Positions 28,602 to 39,400 of a stretch of DNA of 64,000 nucleotides are shown piece by piece. Source of the DNA: a virus. Both the position numbers and the translations under genes were made by a program. The stretch is taken from positions 25,549 through 89,548 of the IMG/VR virus record IMGVR_UViG_3300032315_001572; one strand, 5' to 3'. The notes under the pieces are model-generated. The model ran no database searches. It saw nothing but the letters and a program-made list of their open reading frames with translations, and was not told the origin of the DNA. The number at the start of each line of letters is the position of its first letter. Position 1 is the stretch's first letter.

Positions 28602-29750
28602 TTAGAATTGTCCGTTGATAAATAATCCATTAGTTGTGTCTTGTGGACCACCAACTTGAGCGCTGAATGTAAGGGTAACAGATTTATTACTACCGATATC
28701 AGAGCTATACTCTTGACTATCTAATTTTGCACCCTTAAGGGTATATTTTGCCATAGTTAGAGTGGAATCCGATGGACTCTTAATTGTAATTGCTGGATTG
28801 TATTTGGCTGAATCATCAACTACAAGGTTAGCTAAATTTCCTGCATTCATTGTTGTGACTTGCGCATCAACACTTAATGTTACTGTTAATGGGAAGTCGA
28901 TTTCTCTTGTGAATGCGAATTTATTTCCTAGTCTTTGAATTGGTGTACGACCTAGATCAAAGCTCAATGTATAGCTTTGAATATTCATCGTATTTACATC
29001 AACTCCACTAGCTAATGTATTAAACAATGATAGAGTAATATCTCCTGGGCGAAGAGCACTAATTGCGTTTCCACTTCCAATTCCAACGTTTTCAACAGCT
29101 TGAGCTAATTGATAATAGTTTGTTAAAGCTGATCCGTCTGTAGGATTAACTGCAGGAACAAAATTTCCACTAATTCCATTTTGGAAATTCATATTCAAAC
29201 CTTCAACATTGATAGTTGTTGTTGGGAAATTACCAACAGAACCTTCTGTTGAGTAGGACGTTAAAAATGCGTTACCGATTCCAATAACTCCGTTATTTGC
29301 AGTAGATCCATCTGCGAATCCTACTGCGTCTGTACCTTCTGGAGTTGTACGAATAAAATAATTTCTTTCGTCTGTAGTTTTATTTAAGAATCCAGAAATA
29401 GCAGAAATAGCAGAATCATTACTTCCAGAAACTACCGTGAATCCTAGAATATTTTCATTAGAAAGATTTGCGTTAATATAACTAAAATCTAATGAAACAG
29501 TTGGATTTGTTAAAATTACACGATCAATAGCTGCTAATTGTCCGAATTGATTAACATCTGTGCGATCTACTGTAAAGCTATAATTAGCTGTTTGAATTCT
29601 TTGTAACTGTTTGACTAGATTACGATTTTGATCTGGTACATTAGTGTTTCCACCGATTCCAGGTGTGAGTGTTCCATAGTGGTAACCTGTTGCTGGAGAT
29701 GGTCCAGCATAAACAGCTTCTGATTGATAAATTATACGATTTCTTGCCAT
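28602..29750 (-). CDS. Major tail tube protein
   Basis: Follows neck genes; has its own promoter, a GGAG SD and a terminator; beta-rich; starts MARNRIIY. Confidence 0.75.
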   Translation of the reverse strand: MARNRIIYQSEAVYAGPSPATGYHYGTLTPGIGGNTNVPDQNRNLVKQLQRIQTANYSFTVDRTDVNQFGQLAAIDRVILTNPTVSLDFSYINANLSNENILGFTVVSGSNDSAISAISGFLNKTTDERNYFIRTTPEGTDAVGFADGSTANNGVIGIGNAFLTSYSTEGSVGNFPTTTINVEGLNMNFQNGISGNFVPAVNPTDGSALTNYYQLAQAVENVGIGSGNAISALRPGDITLSLFNTLASGVDVNTMNIQSYTLSFDLGRTPIQRLGNKFAFTREIDFPLTVTLSVDAQVTTMNAGNLANLVVDDSAKYNPAITIKSPSDSTLTMAKYTLKGAKLDSQEYSSDIGSNKSVTLTFSAQVGGPQDTTNGLFINGQF

Positions 29751-29774
29751 ATTAGTTATTCTCCATTTATTGTT

Positions 29775-29781
29775 ATTACAC
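29775..29781 (-). promoter_or_regulatory. GTGTAAT motif 24 nt before the tail-tube ATG
   Basis: Recurrent motif; GGAG SD in the leader. Confidence 0.7.
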
Positions 29782-29806
29782 TGATTTTTTTATTTTTTCT
29801 ACTTTT

Positions 29807-30676
29807 TTATTGTCTTGGATATCTATTTTTTGATACCTCAAAATCAACAAAAGCAGAATATACATTTCTATTTAAGCTATTAGTAGCATTAACTATCCTT
29901 GTATCAGTTTTACTAACATTGACTTCATTAATATACAGATAATCATCAGTATTAGCTTTATTTGCTGTATAATTAATATAATTAAAAATATTATTTGGGG
30001 TATTAACTGAGCCTAATGAATTAAATGGCATTTCATTTGCATATATCAAGGGTATTATCTCGCGAGCAGTATCTCTCATTATACTTGTTACAGCATCTAG
30101 GCTAAATACGCTATCAGATAATATGATTGCTCTAACGTTACTAATTGTTTGATCAAATCCACCAAAAGCTAGAGGTTTATTTTTACCACCTTGATATTTT
30201 AAATATATAACAGGATAGGTCTCTGAGCCAACTGGTAATCCAGTAGGATTTTGATATGTTTTAGGATTAATTTGATATTGTGTTTCAAATAATAAATTTT
30301 CTTCAGTTTTACTAGTCAAATACATATTAAAATCTTTAACAGCATAATTACCACTTAAAGCTGTAGTAGGATTACTTATGGGTTGACTAAAATATAATTG
30401 ACCCTCAGAAGCATTAATTCCACTTAAATTATTTTGTCCAGGAACCGTAAAAACTCCATTAACATAAACTCCACTTATGATATTTGCTCCACTTATAGAA
30501 GAGTCTATAACCATTTGCTTTAATGGGGCACCATATGTATAATATCCATAGAACATATTAGTAAGAGGATAAAATACGCTTTGAAAATTTGTATAAGCTT
30601 GTCCATTAGTTGACACTTTATTATCTAACCAAAGTAACATACTAGTCATTAAAATATTATCAAATTGTGGTGTCAT
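29807..30676 (-). CDS. Probable tail terminator/completion protein
   Basis: Synteny; YPVIYL motif. Confidence 0.5.
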   Translation of the reverse strand: MTPQFDNILMTSMLLWLDNKVSTNGQAYTNFQSVFYPLTNMFYGYYTYGAPLKQMVIDSSISGANIISGVYVNGVFTVPGQNNLSGINASEGQLYFSQPISNPTTALSGNYAVKDFNMYLTSKTEENLLFETQYQINPKTYQNPTGLPVGSETYPVIYLKYQGGKNKPLAFGGFDQTISNVRAIILSDSVFSLDAVTSIMRDTAREIIPLIYANEMPFNSLGSVNTPNNIFNYINYTANKANTDDYLYINEVNVSKTDTRIVNATNSLNRNVYSAFVDFEVSKNRYPRQ

Positions 30677-30677
30677 T

Positions 30678-31268
30678 TTATTTTAAATTCTTTATAAATT
30701 TCGTATAAAGCTCTGTCATATATTTTACTGGTCTATATGCAGCAACTCTAACTTTATTTTTAGATTGAATTCCTCTTCCAGATCTACTAGCTGGAAATAC
30801 CAAGCCATAAACATAATATCCAAATCCAGAAATGCCATCTTCAACACCCTTTACCCAGCTTCTTCCTCGTTCAAATGGAAGAGGTGTTTGAGATTTTATT
30901 TCATCTAAAGAAGGAGTAAATACATTAAATTTTAATTGAAAAGTTTTTTTATCAAAAATTGATTTTTTATCTAAAAATGTATTTTGTTTGATTAATGCAG
31001 TAAGATCATCAACAGGTTTGTCTTGACTATCAAATCCAATAAATGCAAAAAGATTTTCTTTTCCATTTAAAGTATTACTAATATTTTCTCCATCTGGACC
31101 ACTATCTAATTCTTTGGATACAGGATGATCTTGTATTTCATTTATATATTGATCTAGATTTTCTTTTAAAATTTCTTGAGCAAAAATAACTGCTTCTTTT
31201 TTTAAAGCTGCTTCATATGAACTTGCAATTTCTTGTTTAACTTGGTTGAAATTAATTTTAGCAGCCAT
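30678..31268 (-). CDS. Probable neck/tail-completion protein
   Basis: Synteny; likely start MAAKINF at 31268, next to the upstream stop. Confidence 0.5.
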   Translation of the reverse strand: MAAKINFNQVKQEIASSYEAALKKEAVIFAQEILKENLDQYINEIQDHPVSKELDSGPDGENISNTLNGKENLFAFIGFDSQDKPVDDLTALIKQNTFLDKKSIFDKKTFQLKFNVFTPSLDEIKSQTPLPFERGRSWVKGVEDGISGFGYYVYGLVFPASRSGRGIQSKNKVRVAAYRPVKYMTELYTKFIKNLK

Positions 31269-31269
31269 A

Positions 31270-31710
31270 TTATTTTGTTTGCTCCAATCCATATACATAA
31301 TATGTATTATTTAAATATTTTTTAACAATATCTTCTGTAATAACATTCCAAGTTTTTCCATCAAATTCAAGTTTTATAGTTCTTCCATTCGCGATAAAAT
31401 CTCTTGCATCCTGTTTAACTTTTAAAGTAACATCTCCTTTTACGAAAACTAATTTTAAGTCATTATTAACAACATCTGTATCGTTAGAATTATTATAATA
31501 AATTCTTCCATTAAAAATTCCAGTTACAGGAATATAAGTAAAATTCACTGCATCTGAAGATTGACCATAACCATATAATGGAGCACTTTGAACTTGCTCT
31601 ACAATTCTTACTGGGTCTTTGTGAACAATAAAAGATCTGGAAAAATAAGTAAAAAAATTATCATAATCTTGCGAAAATTCTGCCGCAGCTGTTGAGTTTA
31701 TAAAGCTCAT
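31270..31710 (-). CDS. Probable head-closure protein
   Basis: Synteny, size and beta-rich C-terminus (LEFDGKTWNV). Confidence 0.5.
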   Translation of the reverse strand: MSFINSTAAAEFSQDYDNFFTYFSRSFIVHKDPVRIVEQVQSAPLYGYGQSSDAVNFTYIPVTGIFNGRIYYNNSNDTDVVNNDLKLVFVKGDVTLKVKQDARDFIANGRTIKLEFDGKTWNVITEDIVKKYLNNTYYVYGLEQTK

Positions 31711-31714
31711 AGTG

Positions 31715-32227
31715 TTATGCTGAGTACCAAATTGTTCTTATATTGCGAAAGGCATTCCTTCCAACTGGATCATAAACTCCTGGAATAGTATCATCCCCAG
31801 CGACTTGCAAAGGAGTAACTTCATTAAGTTCATATTTATTAACGAAATCTTGTAGTTCGTCATATTCTTGTTTTCTAACTGATATGTAACTTTTTAAGAT
31901 TTCATTTTTATTAGCTTTTTGAACGCTACCAATATCATCTTTAATTGTAATAAAGTCTGTTGAGGCTAGACTTCCTGTGCTTTTGATTCTAAGATCGAAA
32001 AAATATACAGAATACATTTTTTTAAATATATATTTTTCAGCGTCACCAAGATTGGGGTTAATCTCCAAGGTAGTACTATCAACTTCGAATGGTCTATTTA
32101 TTAGATTACCAAGTCCACCAATATTTCTTCTTACCCAAGCAGCTATAGCCGCAATACTAAGATCACTAGGTTCGCCCAATTCTTCGTATATTTCTTGAGC
32201 AATAGATGTTACTGTATTTATAATCAT
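31715..32227 (-). CDS. Probable head-tail adaptor
   Basis: Synteny; helical; preceded by GTGTAAT-N7-ATG. Confidence 0.5.
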   Translation of the reverse strand: MIINTVTSIAQEIYEELGEPSDLSIAAIAAWVRRNIGGLGNLINRPFEVDSTTLEINPNLGDAEKYIFKKMYSVYFFDLRIKSTGSLASTDFITIKDDIGSVQKANKNEILKSYISVRKQEYDELQDFVNKYELNEVTPLQVAGDDTIPGVYDPVGRNAFRNIRTIWYSA

Positions 32228-32234
32228 ACATTAA

Positions 32235-32241
32235 ATTACAC
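32235..32241 (-). promoter_or_regulatory. GTGTAAT motif 7 nt before ATG 32227
   Basis: Recurrent motif. Confidence 0.7.
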
Positions 32242-32270
32242 TATATGTTATATTTTATTTATAAATAATA

Positions 32271-34154
32271 TTACCAAGAACCAATTGCTGATCTACGCCA
32301 ATTATTATCAGATATGCAAAAATATGAATAATTTTGATCTAATGCCATTTGACCAGATGTTCCAGCGCTATTTGGGGTAGGTGGAGGAGATACAAGAGAT
32401 GTTCCTCCACCACCATTTATTGTAATTGCAGCTGTTGATCCACCAACAGAAACAGATACTCCACCCCCAATAAAATTTAAAGTAGAAGCAGAGCCTTGAG
32501 AAGATCCTTCGTCTTGAATTGTTATTAGTGAAGCTATTCCTTCGCCACTCAATAAAACTCCAGTTCCATTTACAGTTGGTCGAGACGCAAAAGTTTTAAC
32601 TCCACTAATAATTTGATTGCCAGTATTGTAAACTACATTAGACGCAGTTAAACCTCCACTTACAATATTTAATCCATCAGAAGTTATTCGTGCTATTGTC
32701 CTCGCTGCGGTAGTACCTCCAATGTGGAATTCAACAGCAGTATTTGGAGTTTGAGTCCCAATATCTAAGTTTCCACCATTAATAAATAAGTAACCATCAT
32801 AAGCACTACCATTACTAAAGTTTGGATCGTTGTATCCACTATTATTTATTCCAAGATCAAGATAATTAGATGAATCATTACCATTATTTGCAGTGATAAC
32901 CAAGTCGGCAGTAGCATTGGTTCCAGTTGCTCTATTTTGTATATTAATTTGTATATAAGTGTTACCACTTCCAACTATTGATAAGGGGTTATTTGGTAAG
33001 GATAAAGGTGTTATTCCAGAAAGCGAAAATACTCCAGAATTAACAAAAGTTTTGTTTCCAGAAATAATTTGATTTCCAGTAATATAAACTATAGTGCTTG
33101 ATAATAATCCTCCTTGAGAAATGCCAGAAACATAACCGCTAAGTGAATTAATCTTATTATCTAACCTGCTTCCAGTATTGAATGTTTGCCCGCTGAAAAT
33201 AATATCTTGAGAATTAACGTATCCACTAAGACTATTAATCTTGTTATCGAGTCTACTACCTGTGTTAAATGTTTGACCGCTGAAAATAATATCTTGAAAG
33301 TTTACATAACCACTGAGTGCGTTGATTTTGTTGTCTAACCTGCTACCTGTGTTAAATGTTTGTCCACTAAATATAATGTTCTGAGAATTAACATAGCCAC
33401 TGAGTGAATTTATTTTATTATCCAAAGTTGAACCTGTTGCAAATAAATTACTAGTTGAGGCGAAAGAATTCGTATTAATTCCTGTTATTAATCTATTTCC
33501 ACTTACGACTGGTGCAACATCAAAAGTTTTGATTCCAAAGATAATTTGATTTCCAGTTGTGTAAACGATATTATCTCCAGTGGCAACAACTGTAACTACT
33601 ATTGGATCTCCACTTAATAAAAATCCTGTGCCATTTACGGTAGGACGAACTCCAAAATTAATTCTATTTCCAGAAACTACAAAAAGATTATCTTGAGTAG
33701 AATCGCCAAAGAATGTGTCTTGCGCAAAAGTTTTCTTTCCAGAGATGATTTGGTCACCAGTTGTATAGACGATTGTATTCGGTAAAATAACGCTAGAAGC
33801 TTCGCCACTTAGTAGTACTCCTGTTCCATTAACTGTTGGACGACTTATGAAATTTTTGATACCAGAAATTGTTTGATTGCCAGTAGTATAAACAATAGTT
33901 GCTGGCAAGGTTACATTTGCTGCTTCTCCACTTAACAATACTCCCGTGCCATTTACTGTAGGACGAGAAGCAAAAGTTTTGACTCCACTTATAGTTTGAT
34001 CTCCAGTATTATAAACTAAATTAGAAGCAACTACTGGAAAATTACTATCTATATTAAGATTTCTTACAAATATACCAGAAACATCATCTTTAAGATAAAA
34101 TCTTTGACCAGATGATACTCCTGTATTTGAGAAATGAAATATTTGATTGCTCAT
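32271..34154 (-). CDS. Fibre protein with VYTTGxQxISGxKTF and 29-aa coiled-coil repeats
   Basis: Repeats shared with 36493-42669; C-terminal GxxGQxAxDxxYxYxC...WxR module. Confidence 0.75.
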   Translation of the reverse strand: MSNQIFHFSNTGVSSGQRFYLKDDVSGIFVRNLNIDSNFPVVASNLVYNTGDQTISGVKTFASRPTVNGTGVLLSGEAANVTLPATIVYTTGNQTISGIKNFISRPTVNGTGVLLSGEASSVILPNTIVYTTGDQIISGKKTFAQDTFFGDSTQDNLFVVSGNRINFGVRPTVNGTGFLLSGDPIVVTVVATGDNIVYTTGNQIIFGIKTFDVAPVVSGNRLITGINTNSFASTSNLFATGSTLDNKINSLSGYVNSQNIIFSGQTFNTGSRLDNKINALSGYVNFQDIIFSGQTFNTGSRLDNKINSLSGYVNSQDIIFSGQTFNTGSRLDNKINSLSGYVSGISQGGLLSSTIVYITGNQIISGNKTFVNSGVFSLSGITPLSLPNNPLSIVGSGNTYIQINIQNRATGTNATADLVITANNGNDSSNYLDLGINNSGYNDPNFSNGSAYDGYLFINGGNLDIGTQTPNTAVEFHIGGTTAARTIARITSDGLNIVSGGLTASNVVYNTGNQIISGVKTFASRPTVNGTGVLLSGEGIASLITIQDEGSSQGSASTLNFIGGGVSVSVGGSTAAITINGGGGTSLVSPPPTPNSAGTSGQMALDQNYSYFCISDNNWRRSAIGSW

Positions 34155-34163
34155 TTTGATATA

Positions 34164-36491
34164 TTATAGGTTAAATGAACCAATTCCTCCAAAGCAATCT
34201 TTTAAAATTCCACTAATAGTACCACCATTATTATAACCACTACCAAATGAATAATTTCCACCAGTGCAATTTGTAAGAGTTCCACTAATAACGCCACCAA
34301 GAAAACCACCACTAGCAAATGAATAATCTCCACCAGTGCAATCTGTAAGAGCTCCAGTAATTCCAGCTCCGACATCATAACCACCACCACCAGTATAATC
34401 ACCACTAGCAAATGAATTATTTCCACCAGAGCAATTTTTAAGAGTTCCACTAATAGTGTAACCAAAATAACCACTACTAAATGAATGATCTCCACCAGTG
34501 CAATTTATTAAAACTGCAGTTGAACTAATAGTGCCACCAATTGTAGAACCACCAACATTTAGACCATTAGAACTAGCAAATGAACTATTTCCACCAGTGC
34601 AATCTGTAAGAGTTCCACTAATAGTGCCACCAGCACTAGCACCACTACCACCACTAGCAAACGAATTATCTCCACCAGTGCAGCCTGTTAAAGTTCCACT
34701 AATAGTACCACCACCATTATTAACACCACTAGCAAACGAATAGTCTCCACCAGTGCAATTTGTTAAAACTGCAGTTGAATTTATAGTGCCACCACCAAAA
34801 CCACTACCACCAAATGAAAAATCTCCACCAGTGCAATTTGTAAGAGTTCCACTAATAGTGCCACTATTGCCGCCAAATGAATAGTCTCCGCCTGTGCAAC
34901 CTATAAAATTTCCACTAGCACTATTACCACTGCCAAATGAATTATCTCCACCAGTGCAATTTGTAAAGTCTCCACTTGCACTTCCACCACCTCCGCCAAA
35001 TGAACTATTTCCACCATTGCAATTTGTAAAGTCTCCACTTGCATTTCCAAGATTTCCGCCAAATGAATTATCTCCACCAGTGCAATCTTTAAAAGTTCCA
35101 CTAGCATTATTACCACCGCCAAATGAATTATCTCCACCAGTGCAATTTGTAAAGTCTCCACTTGCACTTCCATTGTAGCCAAATGAATTATCTCCACCAG
35201 TGCAATTTGTTAAAACTGCAGTTGAATTAATAGTACCACCACCAAAACCACCACCAGCAAACGAATAGTTTCTACCTTTGCAATTTTCTAAAACTGAAGT
35301 TGAATCAATAGTGCCACCGCTATTACCACCACCAGCAAACGAATAGTTTCCACCAGTGCAATCTTTTAAAGTTCCACTAATAGTACCACCATTAATATTA
35401 CCGCCAGCAAATGAATAATCTCCGCCAGTACAATTTGTAAAAGTTCCACTTGCAGTTCCTTCACCAGCAAATGAATAGTTTCCACCAGTGCAATCTTTTA
35501 AAGTTCCACTAATATTACCACCATTAACATTACCACCACCAAATGAATAATCTCCACCAGAGCAATTTTCTAAAACTGCAGTTGAATCAATAGTGCCACC
35601 GCTATTACCACCACCAGCAAACGAATAGTTTCCACCAGTGCAATCTTTTAAAGTTCCACTAATAGTACCACCATTAACATTACCACCACCAAATGAATAA
35701 TCTCCGCCAGAGCAATTTGTTAAAACTGCGGTTGAACTAATAGTAGAACCACTCGCACCACTCCCACCAAATGAATAGTTTCCACCAGTGCAATTTGTAA
35801 AGTTTCCACTTACGGCTCCATTGTTTCCGCCAAATGAAACAGCTCCGCCAGTGCAATCTGTAAAAGTTCCACTTGCAGCTCCGCCAGAGCCAAATGAGCT
35901 AGTTCCACCAGAGCAATTTGTAAAGTTTCCACTTGCAGTTCCATTACCACCAAATGAATAGTTTCCACCAGTGCAATCTGTAAAAGTTCCACTATACTCT
36001 ATATAACTCCTCATGCCCCAACTAGAATTTGCATCAGAAATAAATAATACATTTTCTGCATATGTTAAATTTAAATTAGTATTTGGAAAATAAGCTGCTG
36101 GATCAGTATTATCGCCATTCATAGAATAAGTTGTATTACTATTTTCTATTGTTAGATTAAATAATTTAACATCATTTGCAGTTTGTTGTACTGTGCCTCG
36201 ATTTGGTTGATCAATATCACTTGTGATATAATGCTTGCTTCTATCTGAAGTAGAGCCAACTATATCAACATATTGAGTATCAAGAATTAAACTTTGAGTT
36301 CCAAGATTATAAGTTGCTGGTGGTAAAATAACAGCTAATCTATTAACAGTTGACAAAGATGCGCCGTTAGGAGTTACTGTTTTTGCAAGAGCGTAAGCTG
36401 CTAAAAGATTATTACCATTAACTATAGCATTATCTGTTACTTTCACAGTAACATAATTGGCGCTATTTAACTTATTTAGTACATCAGCCAT
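34164..36491 (-). CDS. Gly/Cys-repeat beta-solenoid protein (fibre/spike candidate)
   Basis: 26 repeats of SGT(F/L)T(N/D)CTGG(D/N)xSF(G/A). Confidence 0.75.
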   Translation of the reverse strand: MADVLNKLNSANYVTVKVTDNAIVNGNNLLAAYALAKTVTPNGASLSTVNRLAVILPPATYNLGTQSLILDTQYVDIVGSTSDRSKHYITSDIDQPNRGTVQQTANDVKLFNLTIENSNTTYSMNGDNTDPAAYFPNTNLNLTYAENVLFISDANSSWGMRSYIEYSGTFTDCTGGNYSFGGNGTASGNFTNCSGGTSSFGSGGAASGTFTDCTGGAVSFGGNNGAVSGNFTNCTGGNYSFGGSGASGSTISSTAVLTNCSGGDYSFGGGNVNGGTISGTLKDCTGGNYSFAGGGNSGGTIDSTAVLENCSGGDYSFGGGNVNGGNISGTLKDCTGGNYSFAGEGTASGTFTNCTGGDYSFAGGNINGGTISGTLKDCTGGNYSFAGGGNSGGTIDSTSVLENCKGRNYSFAGGGFGGGTINSTAVLTNCTGGDNSFGYNGSASGDFTNCTGGDNSFGGGNNASGTFKDCTGGDNSFGGNLGNASGDFTNCNGGNSSFGGGGGSASGDFTNCTGGDNSFGSGNSASGNFIGCTGGDYSFGGNSGTISGTLTNCTGGDFSFGGSGFGGGTINSTAVLTNCTGGDYSFASGVNNGGGTISGTLTGCTGGDNSFASGGSGASAGGTISGTLTDCTGGNSSFASSNGLNVGGSTIGGTISSTAVLINCTGGDHSFSSGYFGYTISGTLKNCSGGNNSFASGDYTGGGGYDVGAGITGALTDCTGGDYSFASGGFLGGVISGTLTNCTGGNYSFGSGYNNGGTISGILKDCFGGIGSFNL
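34170..36000 (-). repeat. Coding tandem repeat array with units of about 60-100 bp
   Basis: Recurring ccaccagtgcaat core; near-identical blocks at about 35298-35395 and 35581-35677. Confidence 0.9.
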
Positions 36492-36492
36492 T

Positions 36493-39400
36493 TTAACTTA
36501 CTCCTGCGCTTACACTAAGACTTATCCATCCTGTGTAACCTATATTATTTACACCCAAGAGTTGCAAGCTTTCGTTCTTATAAAGATTAATATTAGAGAA
36601 TCCATCTATAGTTCTTTGACCAGATCCTGTTATTAACAATATTCCAGTATTTAAATTCTTAACATAATAATTTATACCAGAAGTTATGCCACTAGGCAAA
36701 GTTCCTATTATATTATTTGAACTATTAGCAATATTTATATAAGTATTACCAAAAATAAAATTACTATTAACATAATTATAAGATGAAAGTTTCTTATTTG
36801 TTATTTGAAGAGTATCAAAAGAACCTGTATTAGCAAAAGTTTTGATTCCACTTATAGTTTGGTTTCCAGTAATATAAACAATAGAGCTTGGTAATGTACC
36901 ACCAGCAGATATTCCAGAAACATATCCACTTAAAGCATTAATCTTATTGTCAAGTCTACTTCCAGTGTTGAAAGTTTGACCACTGAACACTATGTCTTGA
37001 GCGTTAACATATCCGCTTAGACTATTGATCTTACCATCTAATCTACTACCAGTATTAAAAGTTTGACCGCTGAAAATAATATCTTGAGTATTGACGTATC
37101 CACTCAGCGAGTTGATCTTATTGTCAAGTCTGCTACCAGTATTGAAAATTTGACCACTAGCGCTTTGAGAATTTACGTATCCACTTAAAGAGTTAATTTT
37201 ATTATCAAGAACAGATCCAGTAGTAAATAAATTAGCATTTGTGGCATAAGGATTAAGATTAACTCCTGTTATCAATCTATTGCCACTTACGACAGGGAAA
37301 AGATCAAATGTTTTAATCCCAGAGATTGTTTGATTACCTTGATCATAAACTATTCCTGTACCATTTACTGTTGGGTAAACTCCGAAACTTATAGTGTTTC
37401 CAGAAATTACTAAAATATTATCTTGAGTTTGGTCACCAACTATAACATTTTCAGCAAAGTTTTTATTGCCAGAGATAGTTTGGTTTCCAGTCGTATAAAC
37501 AATCGTAGTTGGTAAAGTTATAGATTTGCTATCAACATAACCGCTCAAAGCATTGATCTTGGTATCTAATCTACTACCAGTATTAAACGTTTGCCCACTA
37601 AATACTATGTCTTGGGAATTAACATATCCACTTAAGGTATTAATCTTATTGTCTAGAGTCGATCCTGTTGCGAATAAATTAGCAATTGTAGCATAAGAAC
37701 CAAGTTGTGCTGATCCAGTTAAAACTTGATTTCCACTGATATATATACTATTATATACATTAATAGAAGAGTTACCAGTTATTAGAATATCTATTCCTGA
37801 TAAGAACAGTTTATCAATATTCGAAACTTTGACATTGTTAAAACTTCCAGTTCCAGATACGGCTATATTGTTAAGGAAGGTTTTATTACCAGAGATAAGT
37901 TGATCGCCAGTTGTATAAACGATTGTATTTGGTAAGATGACAGCAGAAACTTCTCCACTCAATAAAACTCCAGTTCCATTAACTGTTGGACGAACTCCAA
38001 AAGTAATTTGATTTCCTGAAATTACTAAAAGATTGTCTTGAGTTTGGTCGCCAACTGTAACGTTTTCAGCAAAGTTTTTATTGCCAGAGATAGTTTGATT
38101 TCCAGTGATGTATACTATACTATTTGGAAGTAGTCCCCCAGCAGAAATGCCAGAAATGTAACCACTTAAAGCATTAATTTTGTTATCTAAAATTGAACCT
38201 GTGGTAAATAATTGAGCGTCGGTTGCAAATGTAGCGTTCAAGCTCCCAGTATACCCCGTAAATAATCCACTTAAGGCAACAATGCTATTATACAAATTAG
38301 ATCCACTTGAAGCTATCTGTCCGCTTAATATAATATTTTGAGAATTAGTATATCCACTTAGCGCATTAATCTTATTGTCTAATATACTTCCAGTATTCAC
38401 TATGATCGGATTAAGTTCTCCACTTAAAACAACTCCTGTACCATTTACAGTAGGACGATTTGTTAAACTAACATTTCCATTGGTTATACTTATATCTACT
38501 CCAGATAAACTTAATGTATCAATATTATTTAAATCAACAGCATTGAAAATTCCAGTTCCAGAAACATTAATATTATTGATAAAAGTTTTATTACCAGAAA
38601 TAATTTGATCGCCTGTAGTGTAAACGATTGTAGTTGGCAAAGTTATAGATTTACTGTCAAAATAACCACTGAGAGAATTAATCTTATTATCTAGTCTCCT
38701 GCCCGTGTTGAATGTTTGACCACTGAATACAATATCTTGAGAATTAACGTATCCACTTAGTGAATTTATTTTATTATTTAGTATACTTCCAGTATTGAAT
38801 ACTTGTCCACTAGTACTTTGAGAGTTTACGTAACCACTTAAAGAATTGATTTTATTATCTAGGGTGGAGCCAGTTGCAAATAAATTAGCGTTTGTAGCAT
38901 AAGAACTTAGGTCAAGTCCTGTTATTAATTTATTTCCACTTATGACAGGGAAAACGTCAAAAGTTTTAACCCCACTGATAATTTGATTACCTTGATCATA
39001 AACTATTCCCGTGTCATTTACTGTTGGATAAACTCCAAAAATAATTTTATTTCCCGAAATTACTAAAAGATTGTCTTGAGTTTGGTCACCAACTATAACG
39101 TTTTCAACGAAGTTTTTATTGCCAGAGATAGTTTGGTTTCCAGTCGTATAAACAATCGTAGTTGGTAAAACTATAGATTTACTATCAACGTAGCCACTTA
39201 GAGAATTAATCTTATTGTCTAGTCTGCTTCCCGTATTGAAAGTTTGCCCACTAAATACAATATCCTGAAAGTTTACATAACCACTCAGCGCGTTGATTTT
39301 GTTGTCTAACCTACTACCTGTGTTGAAATTTTGACCGCTAAATAAATTATCTTGAGAATTTACGTAACCGCTTAGTGAGTTGATCTTATTATCTAATCTA

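Noticed and set aside
34202-35992. Short alternative-frame and antisense ORFs (MEIIHL..., MQPIK...)
   Set aside because: They are shadows of the coding repeat array of 34164-36491
34170-36000. CRISPR-like array of repeats with variable spacers
   Set aside because: Units are in-frame, degenerate at third codon positions and lie inside a protein gene; no cas operon is present
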